Shown in pieces: positions 47,561-61,820 of a stretch of DNA of 64,000 nucleotides. The first letter of the stretch is position 1, and each line of letters opens with the position of its first letter. A program made the position numbers and the translations under genes. The stretch spans positions 3,195,361 to 3,259,360 of the forward strand of contig CM074805.1 of the NCBI GenBank assembly GCA_037447605.1, given 5' to 3'. The notes under the pieces were generated by a model, which was not told the origin of the DNA, did no database searches, and saw only the letters and a list, made by a program, of their open reading frames with translations. The stretch is from Zygnema circumcarinatum SAG 698-1b. Lineage: Eukaryota > Plantae > Zygnematophyceae.

Positions 47561-49362
47561 TGTTAGACTGGGAACAAATCGGAGGTTCCTCTATCGTTTT
47601 TGCTCGGAAGAGCGTTCATCCAGTGAGAGCCGACGCACGATGAAGATCCAAACTCCAACATGGAAGTGAGGGCAATAGCTGTGGAGGCAACATGTGTACT
47701 GTAATGGTACAGTGGCGGTCTGCATTATAGAGTTCAGGTGTAGGCGTAAGTCCAGGATCTCGCTATGGAAAGAAAGCAGAAAACAGTAAGGCAGAATGTA
47801 GAATTACAGCAGACAGTACGTGGGCAATCCCAAGTCAGGCCATTGCATTTCATTGAGTTTAACGAAGTGGTAAATAAGATGTCTATGTTCATTATAGGCA
47901 GAGCTGCGAGCTGCAGCCAGGTGGTTCTGAGGTCAACGCCTTGTCCCGCCAATTTGTAGGGAACTGCTGCCGCTGCCTCTTGTACATATATGGAGCAGAT
48001 AAGGGCGCCGCCTCTGGCTCTCAGCTAAGAACGAGAAGAGCAGGAGGTCACAAAGTCACTGCTTCTTGCACTGCTTGGAAGCTCCCTGACGGAGTTCTCT
48101 GTACAGGGTTTTGGAATACTATTCGATACACGATCGGTTCGTCAAACGATTAAACTGAGAAAACATTCTAAAGGATTATTGCTACTGGCAGTGAAATGTT
48201 GTGTTGTGGACTTTCTGGCCTTTGGAGTGCAACCCTTGCCTGTTCCCTCCCCCTCCCCCCTCAGCTCCAAACTCCTCCCCCATTCGCCCGCAGCGCTATG
48301 AAATGGTTGCAGTGTTTCCGACTCTGCGGCTCTGTACGCGTCAAGGGGATAAGCGTGAGGGGTCAGGTGTGTCTTACTGCAGTACGATCACCAAGGATAT
48401 CATGGACCATTCTGCTGCAAGTAGATTATCGATTTCATTTTTGACATGGAGCTGTATACACTGTCGTTTGAAGGCGAATGTGTGGGCTGACTGCATCTGT
48501 TGGAGTGAGCCAGTGCCTTTATCAGCCTAAGGTTTGAACAATTTTTACGTGCTGAAGGTTCTATTAAAAGGCGCCTAACTGCACTATCGCGGGAAGACCC
48601 CACCTGTCTGTCCCCACCTTGGATGAAGACCAAGGAAAGTGATGGCTGACAAAGCACTGCGCGTGCAGATCCGTCTATTAAGCGGACATACCAAGTGCCC
48701 ACCACTCTGGCCTCCCCCTCCATTTTACGAGAGGATTGCCCTCTGCACCGCCCCTGGCTCCGCACAGTGAGAATTCGCTGCTCCCATCTACGCTCTTTAA
48801 AAGCTGTGTAAGCTTGTCCCATCCCTGCTAGAGCTGCTCAGGCATGCGGACGGAGCAAGGGGTGTAAGCCGCCAGCATCACACTCAATGGCCATTCCAAC
48901 ACTTCCGGCCACAAGGCGAGCGCATGCAATCATAAGAGCACACCACGACAGAGTTCTGACACTGATGTGTGCGCCCATCCTCGAACTCACTTCAGCCACC
49001 CAACAGCACGAGCTCTCTGCACTTGCGTGAGAATAGCAATCATTTGACATTCATAGGGTCAGTCAGGGCACACCGCCCGGCTGCCAGTAAGTGGGAGGAT
49101 GCTACGGAGAGGGAGGAAGCAAACGGAACAAGTGGCAAGCTTGCAGGCCACCGCAGTAAAGGGATCAAGAGCTGTGCCACATTTGACATTGCGTCCACTG
49201 GAAACCTATGTGACAATGTTCACCGACCTAAACCTCCTCCAACTATGGGACAAAAATGTAATACCCGGCACAGTTTCAGCAAATTTGTGCTGTGGGAACA
49301 GCCAAGTCGACATTACCAGTCTACCTTCCACGTGGAGTGGAATGGGGTCAGCGGCCCCTCCG

Positions 49363-52300
49363 TCAGCCCTTTTGCTTCAGCGTGATCTTGTCCCCCAGAC
49401 TGAGAGCGATGCCCTGAGTCTTGCTGCGGATGCGGATATATCCCGCCAGCTTGCCGTCTGGCTGCTGCTCCACGCTCACATTCACCAGCGCATCCTCGCC
49501 AAAAACACTCTTTGCATACAAGTTCGCCCCCAGAAAGCCGCAGTCACCATCCAAAGCTGACCTGCAAGAGTAACCAATAGGTAATATCAGCAGCAAGTAC
49601 TCCCTTCAAATTAGTCCTACTCCAGTAATTTGACTGAAAAAAGTCAGGCGAATGATATCAGGTAGCTTTAAAGGCCTTTAGAGTAGGTGAGAATCTATTC
49701 AGAAACAAGATAGCTATGAAAGGCCTTTCATTTGGCAAGGAACTTCTGCAATAAGTGAGTCATGTACGAACCGTGCAAGCTGCACCTGCAGTTGCTTTCT
49801 GATTAGGCACACTAAACTTTTGATATGTTCATTTGCCTTGAGCTCTTATGATACGCTCTTTTCTGTTGTGACGGCGTACTGGGGGGATGATACGTACGGA
49901 GGCGTTAAGCATTTCATGTTTGTAGAGGCTACAATGTGGTCAAGAAACTCCTTAGTGTCCGTGATGGATGTATTTACCGCCACCTGTCAGTGGAGCAATA
50001 TTTCCAGAAAAAAATATATTAGAAACCTCCAATATAGTGAACTTAAGAATATCTAATTTGGAAGCTGCCACAAACTGACCAGCCTGAAAAGAGCAAGAAC
50101 GGCGGCAGTTCCAATTTCAATGAACCACTTCCACAGGAGCAAGCACATGACCAGTTACCTTCACCTAATTTCAGCCCATGAAATCACAGTAACTGAGCTT
50201 TAGAGAACTAAGCTAGTTACGTTTTTCCAGCCGCAATAACCTTTGCCCGTATTCGACAAACAGTATCCACTTCAACTCTAGCCCATGAAATGCCCCTCCG
50301 TTACTACACAAGGTGACTAGAAACGAGAGGCAACTTTCTACTTTGCTCTTGTTGCTTACCTTGTTCTCCCACTCAAACTCTGCCCACATGTTTCGGAAGG
50401 CCACATCCGCACAGTTGGCTGGTGAGATGTAGTCCATGATGTCGATGTGGATATCATTCAAGACAACCACGTTCCTGTCCAAAACACTTGTGGTCTCATA
50501 TACAATGTTACCGAAGATCACACCTGTTTCAGTCGAGGATACCTGCCATGCCATCAACAGTCAAACAGTTAAAAAAGTACTACTTTTACTGATATTGTAT
50601 ATCACGAGGAATCATTCCGGGCCACCGCTTCCCCTTGTTCCACAAAAATGCCAAATCATTACATTCGTCCTATTTAGGTACGCTCTTGTTACCCATATGC
50701 AATCTTTCATAGCATTGGCTTGTAAATGTTGTCAATTCAAACGACAGATTGCACATAGGATCTAAAAGTACATGCACCCGCCTCAGTAGCATTACTGACC
50801 TTGATATTGGCCCTAATTTGCTTGCTCTTCTCAGGAGCGAGGGTATAATTTTGTGGTCTTTCCACAAGCTTTAAGTCTCCCATGGTTGCAAGCTCCAGGC
50901 ATAAATTTTGTAGGGTCTCATTTGTCCGATTGACAACTGTGACATCGAGGACAATATCATACTGATGCACGGTCACATACGCCTCAGCATATACAGGATC
51001 GCTGAAGCCAGTAAGTTGCAAAACACGGTTGAGCTTGCGATTGCTATCACTGTCTTTTGAAAAATCTCCTGTCGCCCTCTTCAGATCACTTTGAACTTCA
51101 TCCTCCAGCTCAAGCTGTGTCAAACCCTGCAAGACCAACACAACCGGACTGAGCTTCAAACTACAATACATAATATTCTTGGGAAAACGGGAAATTGATA
51201 CCACAGAAAGCTGCCGTACTAAGGATCTCTCGGTCTTGTACAAGAAATTATCAGCGTCGCATCCGATATTGAATGATAAGGCGTCGAAGAAAGGAACAGT
51301 TGGAGCTCTGTCTTACCTTCCTGTTTTTCAAATGGTAGAAATCGATCAGGTCATCAGGCTGTGCAATTGTCACTTGGGCTTTAGCCTTCGTGTCTTCAAG
51401 CTCCCGGTGTTGCTTCTCCGTAATCATTTTCACAAAAGAATCTCGGCATGACTTAAGCCAAACGTCGCGCATCACAGTTGAAGGTGCAGACAATACACGT
51501 AAGCACAGGCTGATCCGGTCTGATGAGTCATCATCGATTGGATGTTGAAGAGCAGAGGATTGGCCTAGCCGAAGCATAGACACAAGGTATAACATCACCT
51601 CCACAGCTAGCTGTTCCAAGCCACCGGGACAGCAGAAAATAAGATTCATTTCAGTGAGGCTCACTGCCAGACAGCAAAGACCACCTAATGAAGCAGAGAA
51701 AACACATTAGACTTATTTAAAATGCAATCATGAATTTTGAAGTGAAAAGCGTTTACTGAAGCAAGCACGTTTATGTGATAAACAACCACATCTTATTGAA
51801 ACTCTGCAGTGACAGGCGGCCGTCTTATATGCTTAGAAATCGTGTACCTACAAACATGAGTTATCCTGACCAACCTCAGCAGGCTTATACTCAAAAGACC
51901 AGACGAACATGACTTGTGGTACCTAGAGCAAGTTAGTAATAGGACACAAGCCACAGGAAATAATAGGTGAATCGCGAATAACCATTCAACGTACGTCCAA
52001 ATAATTTTCTTCTAAAGCCTTTAAAAAGATAACTTTTTCGTTGCGTATTTTATTATGACCCTCTTGTCTTTCCAAAAAGACAAGGAGCAACTAGTCCTAT
52101 TTCCATATATGCATAACGAGTAGACGGAGCATTGTGATGAGGAACAAGGTGGCAAAGGATCATCAAATACTGGGCCATACTCATATTCTACAAAGCCCTT
52201 GCAAGACAGTTCAATCATTAGATTCGTGATTTCAACAACTGGATGCATATCCATAAATAGATATAAATCTGCATCATACCAGCAGGATTTCAGGAAACTT

Positions 52301-54450
52301 TACCTCATTGAAAGCTGTTCTATCATTCTGTAGATCCTCCAGTCGAAGGACCAGCTTTGTCAAAGTTGTAGCCACCACTGAACCTAGGAAAAAGTCACCG
52401 GTAAGAAGTAGCGCTCGTAAGTTTGAATTCGAAGCAGCCCCAGCAACAACTGTCGGAGCTGTGATTTCAGAGGCTGCACTTTGTGTTGCATAGGTCCCAT
52501 CAGCGAGGACAGCAGGCCGTTTAGAGCCCGTTACAGGAGCGGGAACTACTGTAACTCCAGGCGTAGCCTTGGTCTCGGTTGCCTCAGGAACCTCCTCCAC
52601 TGCCACATAGAAGGGAAGTTCCCCAAGGGACTGCTTAATAATCCCAATGCCTTGCTCTACCTCAGACAGGCCTTGGCAATACTCCCCAATTATCCAAAGA
52701 GCACACGAGCAGACGCGGGAGGATCTGATCTGATAGAAGGTGTCCAATAATCGGGAGATGATGGACTCTCGCAGCTTAGGGTTGGTCTCAATAATTTCGC
52801 GCACAAAGAAGACCACGTCAAGAGCAGATGCAACGTTCTGTCACCCAACACAGAATAATCCGCCGTATGCAGTTCGAAGTATCAGAAGCGACAAGAGGAC
52901 AAAAAAAAAAAGGGAACAAAAGAAAACGGCAACAAAGCTAGCGTTCAATAGCAGCATATGAAATGCAACAGAGGACTGCACTTGCAGGGCCTGCAGGGAG
53001 GCTCAGTTAAGGTGAGAGTGTCAGTACTTGCCATCACGCATATAATATAATTCCGTACCTTTGCTCCAAATAAATCTCTAAGCACATTATGGCGTAAATC
53101 ATGCATTTGGACAGAACCTCCAACTGCTATTGCAGGCTTCAACCTGAATCTTTCTGATGGAACACGGCCAGAGCAGTGCATTTAGCGACATTTGTGCAAC
53201 ACAAGAGCACATAGAACTCGTTGACTCACCTGATCCCCTAGGAAGTCCATAAGCAGGTGAACCACAGAGCTTGCGACATCTGGAAACTTGACAGCACAAG
53301 AATGGATAGCCTGGACCAGCATTTGACGATACTCCCCATTCTTTTCCAGCTCCTTGTTCTGGGTCTTTACAACCTCCTTCTTCAAAGTCAACACGACCTC
53401 ATCAATGTTCCTAGGAGTTATGAGGTCGAGAGCAATGTCAAGCGTTTTCCTTCTAATGTCCATGTTAGGACTGGACAGTGCCCGCAAAACGTCCATGATC
53501 ATTTCCACCATCACCTCTTGATGGTTGACTTTCAGCTCCTGTAAGCGGTCCAAAACAATGAGCTTGACATTGTTGTCACTCTGCGAAAGAAGGAGCTGAC
53601 AATAGCAGTTTGCAGCTGCACGAATGGCGGTGGGGGCGGAAGAGAGGGCGGTTAAAGTGCTTGCACACTCGTATACTACAGCAGTCGAAGTGGATGCAAG
53701 CAGAGAGAGAATGATCTTGATGTATTTTCCCTTCTCTGCGGGATTTGTCCGACAGACCTTCCGGATCAATTCCAATACTACCATTTGCACAATATCACCC
53801 CAAAGTGCTACATTTTCCAGATTGGTGAGCAGGTAGTGGACTGCACGATCTTGAGCGCAATTGTAAAGCATAAGGAAAGCATTCCTTTGTGCCGAAAGGT
53901 CCTGCTCACTGCTCAGGAACTTCTCAATCATTTCGGGAGCATCCTGAAGAAGGTGCTCTCCTTGTGGGAGTTTGAAAATAGACATTACCGCCAACACTGC
54001 ATTCCTTCGCACAAAGGGATGGCGATGATCTATGTTCAAGAGAATGGAGGGAATAAGCGGTTCTATAAGTTCTGTTTCCTGAAGCCTGCACAAGAAGCGG
54101 AGAGTAACTCCCCGCAGATACTCATTAGGGTGCTGCAGGTTGTTTCGCAGGTTCTGACAAATGAGGATCATCTCCGGAAGAATCTTCCCCTGTGAATCCG
54201 TCTTATCAATAATCTCGAGGTAAAGCAACAAAAGCTTCTGAACAGTATGGTCCTCAGACGGGAGCACATATCGCACGATTGTGATGAACAGCTGCGGAAT
54301 CTGCTCGTTGTTCAACAAGAGCATGATGGCTTTCTTCATAGCCTCCTGCTTCCGTATTGTGTCATTTCCCTCCAGAGCCTCCTTGATCTCATTGGCAAGG
54401 GCCGGCGTGCCCTTGTCAAAATGCACCAACAAAGTCGATGACTTCTCCAT
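49363..54450 (-). CDS. COPB1: Coatomer subunit beta (beta-COP)
   Basis: Starts [28 protein letters not shown] and contains [47 protein letters not shown] and [25 protein letters not shown]. Seven exons with GT-AG introns. Confidence 0.97.
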
Positions 54451-54768
54451 CTTCTCTCTCTCACCGCCTCTCGCGCATTCAGCCCCCTGATCCGCCGATG
54501 CCTCCTCCCCTTCCCCCGCCCTCCCTCCCTCCCTCCCTCCTGCAACCACAACAGCAGCAGCGGCAGCGGCAGCGGCAGCAGACGCCCTCAGGTTGCCCTC
54601 CGCCCGCCCTCCCTCTCCCGCCCGCCTGTCCCGCAGATTCGCACGTGCGGCGCTGGCCGCTCCTACCGCGTGTGAACGCCCGCCGAGGAGAGGGCGAGCG
54701 GGCGGGCGCGCGGGCCTTGGACTTCCGGGGGCTGGAGGAGCGCCCTAATGCCCCTGGTTGGGGGGGGG

Positions 54769-54832
54769 GCATGGGCTCATGGCATGGGCATGCCGCATGC
54801 ATGCATGCATGCCATGCCCATGCATGCTCATG
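54769..54832. repeat. CATG/RY-motif array upstream of COPB
   Basis: 12 CATG cores in 64 bp, including GCATGCATGCATGCATGC, in a near-palindromic arrangement (CATGGGCATG...CATGCCCATG). Confidence 0.8.
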
Positions 54833-55682
54833 GGGAGTTAAAGTCCAACCCTGTCGATTTTGGCTGCTCCATTGAGTTATTCATTTGGTACAGGATGCGT
54901 GCGGTGAGGTTCACATCAAAGGTGAAATCGTCCAGTCTTGTGAAAGTCGGGGTTGGTTCTGTGAAGATAGCAGGGCTCGTAGTCGTCTGGAACGGAATTG
55001 GGAGGCAAAGTAGGAAAAGTGACTAAATGATATATCACATTCCCATACCTTCACCGTCCTCAAGCGCCGTTCTTCTAGTTTACATTCTGAACAGGTTAAA
55101 ATGACAAAACTTATACATAGTAATCACCTGACACAACCGGAGGAAGGCGATTGTAGAGGTATTCCTGAACGCCATCAGAGCCATCTTGTTTGTAGCTAAT
55201 ATTTCACTCATGGAGCTACGCTGCAATTGGTTCAAAGCACAAATCAACCTGGCTTGGAACCTGGCGTGGTTCCTGTCCAAGCCAGGTTGCTGTTCAGATC
55301 ACATAATTGAGAGCTGCATGGCTTCTGATGAAAAGCTATACAAAGCCAAGCATTATTTCGAGGCCCTTACGTTCGAATATAAAACACAGGTCCACCGATC
55401 CAAGTAAAAGTTCGAAAGGCATATAAACACAATCGTTATTTTGTTTGATGAGTTACATTTCGGAGGATAATGTTAGAATTGAGCATTTTGATCCAGGAAA
55501 CATTGCCATTCATCTCTTCGTTCAGAGAGTGACACAACTAAAGAATAAAAGCACCGCTCTTGAGTTCCTTGAACTCAACTGCAGAACTTTCTCTTACAGG
55601 GGGCAGTGCTGTCTAGGTGTAAAGCTCGAACTGCCATCGTCGCGAATTTCAAAAAAGGACAAATATACGGCGAGGGATGAAA

Positions 55683-58600
55683 TTACAAAACTGCGATTCG
55701 CGGGCAAGCTCTTGACTTCTCTGCCTCAATGATGGCGCACACCGTTTGCACAGCTCGCTCCAGCTGCCCGTGTGAATTGACTACAACATAATCGAACTCT
55801 TTCAACCGCTTCAACTCCTCACGTGCTGTTCTTATCCGGATGAGAACTTTCTCCATTGACTCAGTTTTGCGTTCCACGAGCCTCTTCACAAGCGCCACCT
55901 CACTCTCAGCTACAAGGAAAATGAAGACAGCGTTGATACCAAGGATAGCTCGCACAGTGGCCGCACCTTGAACGTCCAACCTTAGAACCACATCCGTTCC
56001 TCTGGCCATGGCTTCTCTGACCTTTAAACACAAGCGAAAGGAGACAGACAATGGGAGAGACATAAGCAAACTCAACAACCGCAGAGATCCCAAAAACAAG
56101 GGAACAGTGGTGCTGCCAAGCCTATCGCATTGTCTTCAATGAAAACTTGATCCTTTCTCATCCAAAGATACAGGAAATGTGGGAGTAACCTAAGGAAAAT
56201 GGTTCAATTGGGGAAAAAATTGGACTTCGGGAAAGACAGAGGTAGGTGATGCCTCTAGTGTGTGAACTTTCAGAATCAAAGGAGCAGGCATGATCTAAGG
56301 TGAAAATGCGACGAAACTGCTCTGTCTCAGAAGAATGCATGCGATCCGTAGGATGTCATAGTCCAAATGCTATCTTGATATTCTGGTCCGACACCTCATC
56401 TCACCTCATATGCAGGCACTCGAGACAACTCATATTCGATGGGTGGACGACAAAGGTGGGCACTCACCTGTTTCTTGGGAATGCCTTTGTAATCTCCGTA
56501 CACGAGCGCGTGCTCCAGCAACTCGTTCTCCTGAATCATCTCTCCAAACTCGTCCTTGCTTATGAAGAAGTAATCCTGTCCATGGACTTCCCCAGGCCGC
56601 TGCGGTCGCGTTGTGGCTGTTACAACAAAGTGAAGGTCTGGGCGAACTTCTTGCAGCCGCTGCAAAACAATTTATTTCGCCGGAATCAAACAACAACATT
56701 GCATTATTTTATTTTATCTTTTTAATAACAAACACGCACAGTAGGAATCCTTGCAGAAATAGCACACAACACTATTTGCATGAAAGGCATGTGCTGCAAC
56801 ATGCATATCTCACAGTTTCTTTCAGGAAAAAGTACGTTTTCTGACTTCTAAACGAAAAGATGAAATAAGTTGCAACACCTTACTTCACACAGGTGGCCGG
56901 GAGTGACGCTATATATATGCACAATACCTATTGCAATGTCCAGGAGTCGATGGTATCAGCAATTCAGCTATTCAGCTGATATGACGCAAAGCGATACATT
57001 ATTATTTCCTGGATCTCGTCGGCTCAATCAAGAAGGAATGAACTTCAATGTACGAAACAATACAAATACAAATACAGTTAAGTTCAGTGAAGAAATGCAC
57101 AAAACTCTGGCAAAATTTCAAGGCCAGAGATGTCTTATTGTCTGCCTCCATTCCAACAGCTTCATCCGCCAAGTACTGGAAGCCTGTCCACTCTTACCCT
57201 TCCAGGCAAGTCCTCTTCCACTCTGTGTGGCATCAAGACTTGGCGTGGCCATCAAGCAGCAGTGCACCTTTCATAAGAAAGTTGGAGGAGCCAGCGCTTG
57301 GTCACCTTGATCACAGCATCTTTGCCTACTCCGCTCGGACCGCTGATGACGATCACCAGTGGTTTCGATGGCGGGGTTTGCGGGCCCGTTTCCAGTGGAG
57401 AGCCTAACGCCTTTTCTAAAGCCTTGAGGACAACAGTCTGGCCGAGGACAAAATGGAATGCAGTTAGGTGTGGCAAATGCGGATGCACCTATGAAAGGTG
57501 TGCTTGATTTAACTGCAGAAGTGAATCGAAGATCTAACAGTCTGAATGACCAAGGAGGAATAGTCGTTCGTTCACTCAGGCAGCCTTACCTGCATGAGCC
57601 CTGCACGTCCGTCCCCCAAAGATTGCTCCTTCGCTTCATCGTGAAGTTCAACTGACATGGGTACTCCTCGCTCCTCAAGAGCTACAGTGGCAGGCACTGC
57701 TGCCGTTGATACCTGATAGCATATTTACGAAAGAATGCCATCAATTGACGTCATGATCCAACCGGTCATTGAATAACGTGGAAATTGCGTCGAGATGAAC
57801 GACTTACATTTGGACGGAAAGCGGAGGAATCAAAGTCAACTAATGAGGACCCTGTGTAAATTTATGGCTAGAAGCAAGAAAGCTTGTCTTGAGCACAGTG
57901 CCTGCTTCTAATGCCAGAAGTGATAAGTATCCCAACACACAGTTCCCAGTCTCTTAAAAGCTGGAATGGCTCACTCCAGCGAAGGCTCTACTTCCCAGGG
58001 CAACGAAATCTTGGGTGCCGCAGAATTTTGTTCTGCCAGACGACTACCATGCTTAAGCAATTTTGAGCCGATCAATACCGGATTTGAGAAGTACTCTGTT
58101 TCTTATGATTTCATAATCTTTCGCGATGCTATTCCGTCCATTCTTCACAACAAGCAAAGAGCTTTAGGCATACTCTCCATGACATTGCTTTGGGGGAAGA
58201 TGCATTCTAAGGTCATAAAGTATTGCTTGCACACTCTGCAAAATGAAAAGGAGCCGCTAAGCCGCTGCAGCTATGCTGTGCATAACTTAGCATGCTACAT
58301 TATCTTGAAGGAATTACATACGTTCTTGCTCGAGTCGCAATCTGATGCCGCGGTACTGGCAACAAAAGAGGGGACTTGGATGTCGCGTCCGCTATGTGCT
58401 TCACGAAAAAAACATCTTTGCTCCTTATCCACTCTTCCAAACATCTGCATCGTTTTCTCGCCTTCCAAATTCCATGATGCGTAATTCACATTCCGAAGAA
58501 AGAAGGATCCTGAGATAGGCGGTTCCCTGCAGCAGCACTGATATTGCCTTTGAACAGTCCCTGTGGTGGCTCGAAAGAAGCTCCGCAGCGTCAATGCCAT
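55683..58600 (-). CDS. Guanylate kinase, organellar (plastid/mitochondrial) type
   Basis: [19 protein letters not shown]|[34 protein letters not shown]...[19 protein letters not shown]|[23 protein letters not shown]...FDYVVVN...AVL*. Upstream exon 57713-57591 is in phase. The start at 58600 ([16 protein letters not shown], transit-peptide-like) is tentative. Confidence 0.9.
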
Positions 58601-61098
58601 AGCTAAAACTTGTGGTGAGCTGCGAAGACTCTGGATCATATGGGCCGGCATAAATTCAGCCTGAGCAATGAATAGCCATGGAACAATGCCGAGAAGAAGG
58701 CTGCTATAGGCAACCAATCGCAGCGGCAGCAGCTTATGCACTGATGAAAGCCGCAAGCTCTCTCAGTGCAGTGCGCAGGTCTCGTAGGGTTTTGTAAAAA
58801 AGCTCACGCGCGCGCGCGCTCGCTCCCTCTCTCTCGCAGTGCGATGAAATCATCATGTCATGAGGCACGCCTTGCAGCGCCTGCGCACGGCCTGCATCGC
58901 AGTTCCTCTGCGCACCCTGAAGACTCTGCCAAACTGTTACTGCATTGCATTGCACGGTTGGTAGAGAATCTCGAGGACAACTGCTCAAGACAGAGCTATG
59001 TTGCTTCGAGGGCCAAAGCTTCACAACTTTTTCAGACGGATGTCATGTCTTCTGGATAACAAAGTCAAGATAGGCTGGTTCCACGCGGTGTATGCAAAGG
59101 TCGGCCATAACATTTGAGTTGGATGCTTGCTCAGAACTCCTTTCTTTTGGATATGGTTCTTCCTTAACAAGTATGGCGTGAAAAATCTCATGTTTTATAG
59201 AGCAATGTTCTGGAAATTATTGAGGTGAGTTGCTCGTTGTGTTGCTTTTGCAAAGTACTTTCCCGTACACGGTATGGTGCACTGAAAGGCTTCGTCATGT
59301 TACTTGCTTCCTTTATCTCTTGCTTTGCTTCAATTTTGATTCGAGATTTGTGCTGGCGAAGCATGTCAGTTGCGTGTGACAGTGTCGGCCGATTTGAAGT
59401 GTTGCACTCAACGACAGTTCTGTCCTAATTATGTTAATCTTGCATGGTCCAACAGCGCACTACGTAAGAAGCTCATCATGACGAGGTCAATCTGAACACA
59501 AAATGTCCAGGCCGCAGAAGTTAGAGCAGGTTTAGTTTCGACTTCTTGATGGGTTTCACTGGCACATCATGGAGGGCATCTAGTCTCAGCTTTTGTGGCT
59601 TAGAAGTAAATTTCATCATTTCTTGCCCAACAGCGTAGTCACATGAGGATGCCGATACTTTCAAGTGATGTTCTGTCATTTATTGTTGGACTCGAATCAT
59701 TTCTCAAGCCGCCAGCATCTAGAAATTGAAGTAGAAGTCGCATCATTTCACAGGTCGGACCATTGAACAACCACTAGATGGCAGTGGTTGTACGCCTTAC
59801 GATTGGCAGCCAGTCGGATGGTTTGGTCTATTGGACCGACCACTGCATCATCTACTCAGTAACAGAAAGCTAAATACAAGGAGTTAAATCCATCTCATGC
59901 GTGCCCTACTACGCATGTTTATATTTATTCGCGGAGGCCCGCTCGGGAGAGTTCTGCAAAGTAGGCAGCGTCAGCTCCCGGCCAGCCTTTCGCCCGCCAT
60001 AAATTCGTGCGCACGGAGGCGCGGCAGTTGGCATCGACCAACCGCTGTAGTTTTCCTTACTCATTAGTTTAAGGCAAAGAGAAAATTAAAATTTCATGAG
60101 ATTTGTAATCGAGCGAGGAGGGCTGTGCAGTTTGCATTGTGGGAGAAGTGATTTGCGCGTCCGTGGCTGCCAACGCTCGGTTCGCGTGAGAGCCCTTTAG
60201 CGCCTTCGGTCATTCCAAGCGCGCGAAGCCACTTCGGGCAGCCGCCATGGACCGCTTCGAGCCCTGGAGGGAGGCGAATGTATGTGTGGAAAGCATGTAT
60301 GGCCACGCAAAACGGGCGTCTCAGCTAAGGGAGATAAGGGAGCTTGGGAAAGGAGCCAGAGAAGATCAAAGATTGGAAGGCTGTGCTGGTGCTGTTACTG
60401 CTTGTTTGAGCAATTGGAGGGAGTGGGAGTTTCTTTTTGACGAGGTCGAGAAGAAGGCTAAGGGTTGGTAAGAGCGCCGGGATACAATGCCTCCTCAAGA
60501 GCGGAAAGTAAGGAGCACTGCGGGAACGATCATTCATTATGTCGTCGCGCTGCTTGAGTTGGTTACACTCGTGAGTATTTTCGGTTCGAGTCACAAGGTT
60601 TCAGTTTTGGACTGTGTTTTAAGGGAATTTTCTCACTTGCAGACCTAGCCATGCAGCGTAATCGAGTTTACCTGTACGGCTACCTCCGGTTCTCTTCCCA
60701 GTTTCGCAGACAAGCCGGCATTTTGTTTTGTGGCCCTCATTGTCAAAGAAAGTAAAATGGGAATGAAAAGAAGAACAACATATGGAACTGGTGCTGCTGC
60801 CTGTACATTAGGGAAAGCCCGCCTCGAGGGAAATCAGTGAACCGTCACATGCCACCGATAAGAAGCAACGCTTTGAACAGCACATCCTCCAAATTCCAAC
60901 CTTGGGGTTTTGGAAAATGCTGCAAGGATTGGAACCAAACAAGCAGGGGTGCTGTGATTGACCTCTATGCAGAAGACTGCCTTCCTCGAGCAGGATAAAT
61001 AATTTCCAGTACAGTCAATATTTCTATTCAAAGCAAGAGTTTGAATACTGCATGGAGAGGCAACTCAATGCTTTTGTTTCCAGACTCTCGGCAGAAAC

Positions 61099-61748
61099 AT
61101 GCAGAATAATGGGACGAAGTTAATAAACCTTTATGCGCGGAATGGTGATCATCATATCAAAGCAGCCGTTGTCTTATTCTCTGCATGTGGTTCCTTCATG
61201 AGCATGCAGATTTCTGGGCTTCTGATCATCTTAATGGCCCTTGTGCTCCAGAGAAGCAGAAATATTGCTGGCTGGTGAGTAATTCGAATAACACTTGAAT
61301 TCAAAGGAGCCTGGAATTGTTTCATTTGAAGTCTTTACGAAAGGTAGACGATGCCGTTTTCGCAAATTCTACTAGGTCGATTTGAATTGTGCTTTCTGGC
61401 ATAATCCCATTCTATTGCAACGTGGTATCGCTGAAGCGTACATGTTGGCTTGCTTAAAAGAGAGTCATAGGGCATGTTCTGCGGCATTTCCAAAAAAGGC
61501 TATCAGTTGATGGGCTTGCTGTACTTAGGTGGGTGATCGCTCTCGGTATTATCACCTTTTCGGCTCCTGTCCTTACAATCATTGGCGTGCGCTGCTCGCG
61601 ACTGAAGTTCATTGGCAAGGTGGCCGTAGTCTTGATGGTCTCGGCGGCGATAGGATGTGCAGCATTTACCATTTCGTTGTTTTCATCGGTGAGCTCAGTC
61701 ACCACGAACGCAATTAAAAAAGAAAAAAAAAAGCAAAAAGAAGCAAGG

Positions 61749-61779
<31 letters not shown>

Positions 61780-61789
61780 NNNNNNNNNN

Positions 61790-61820
<31 letters not shown>

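Noticed and set aside
48400-49385. ORFs of 138-153 aa between the convergent DCD and COPB stops
   Set aside because: They lie in the probable 3' UTRs or antisense to the last COPB exon, with no recognisable homology.
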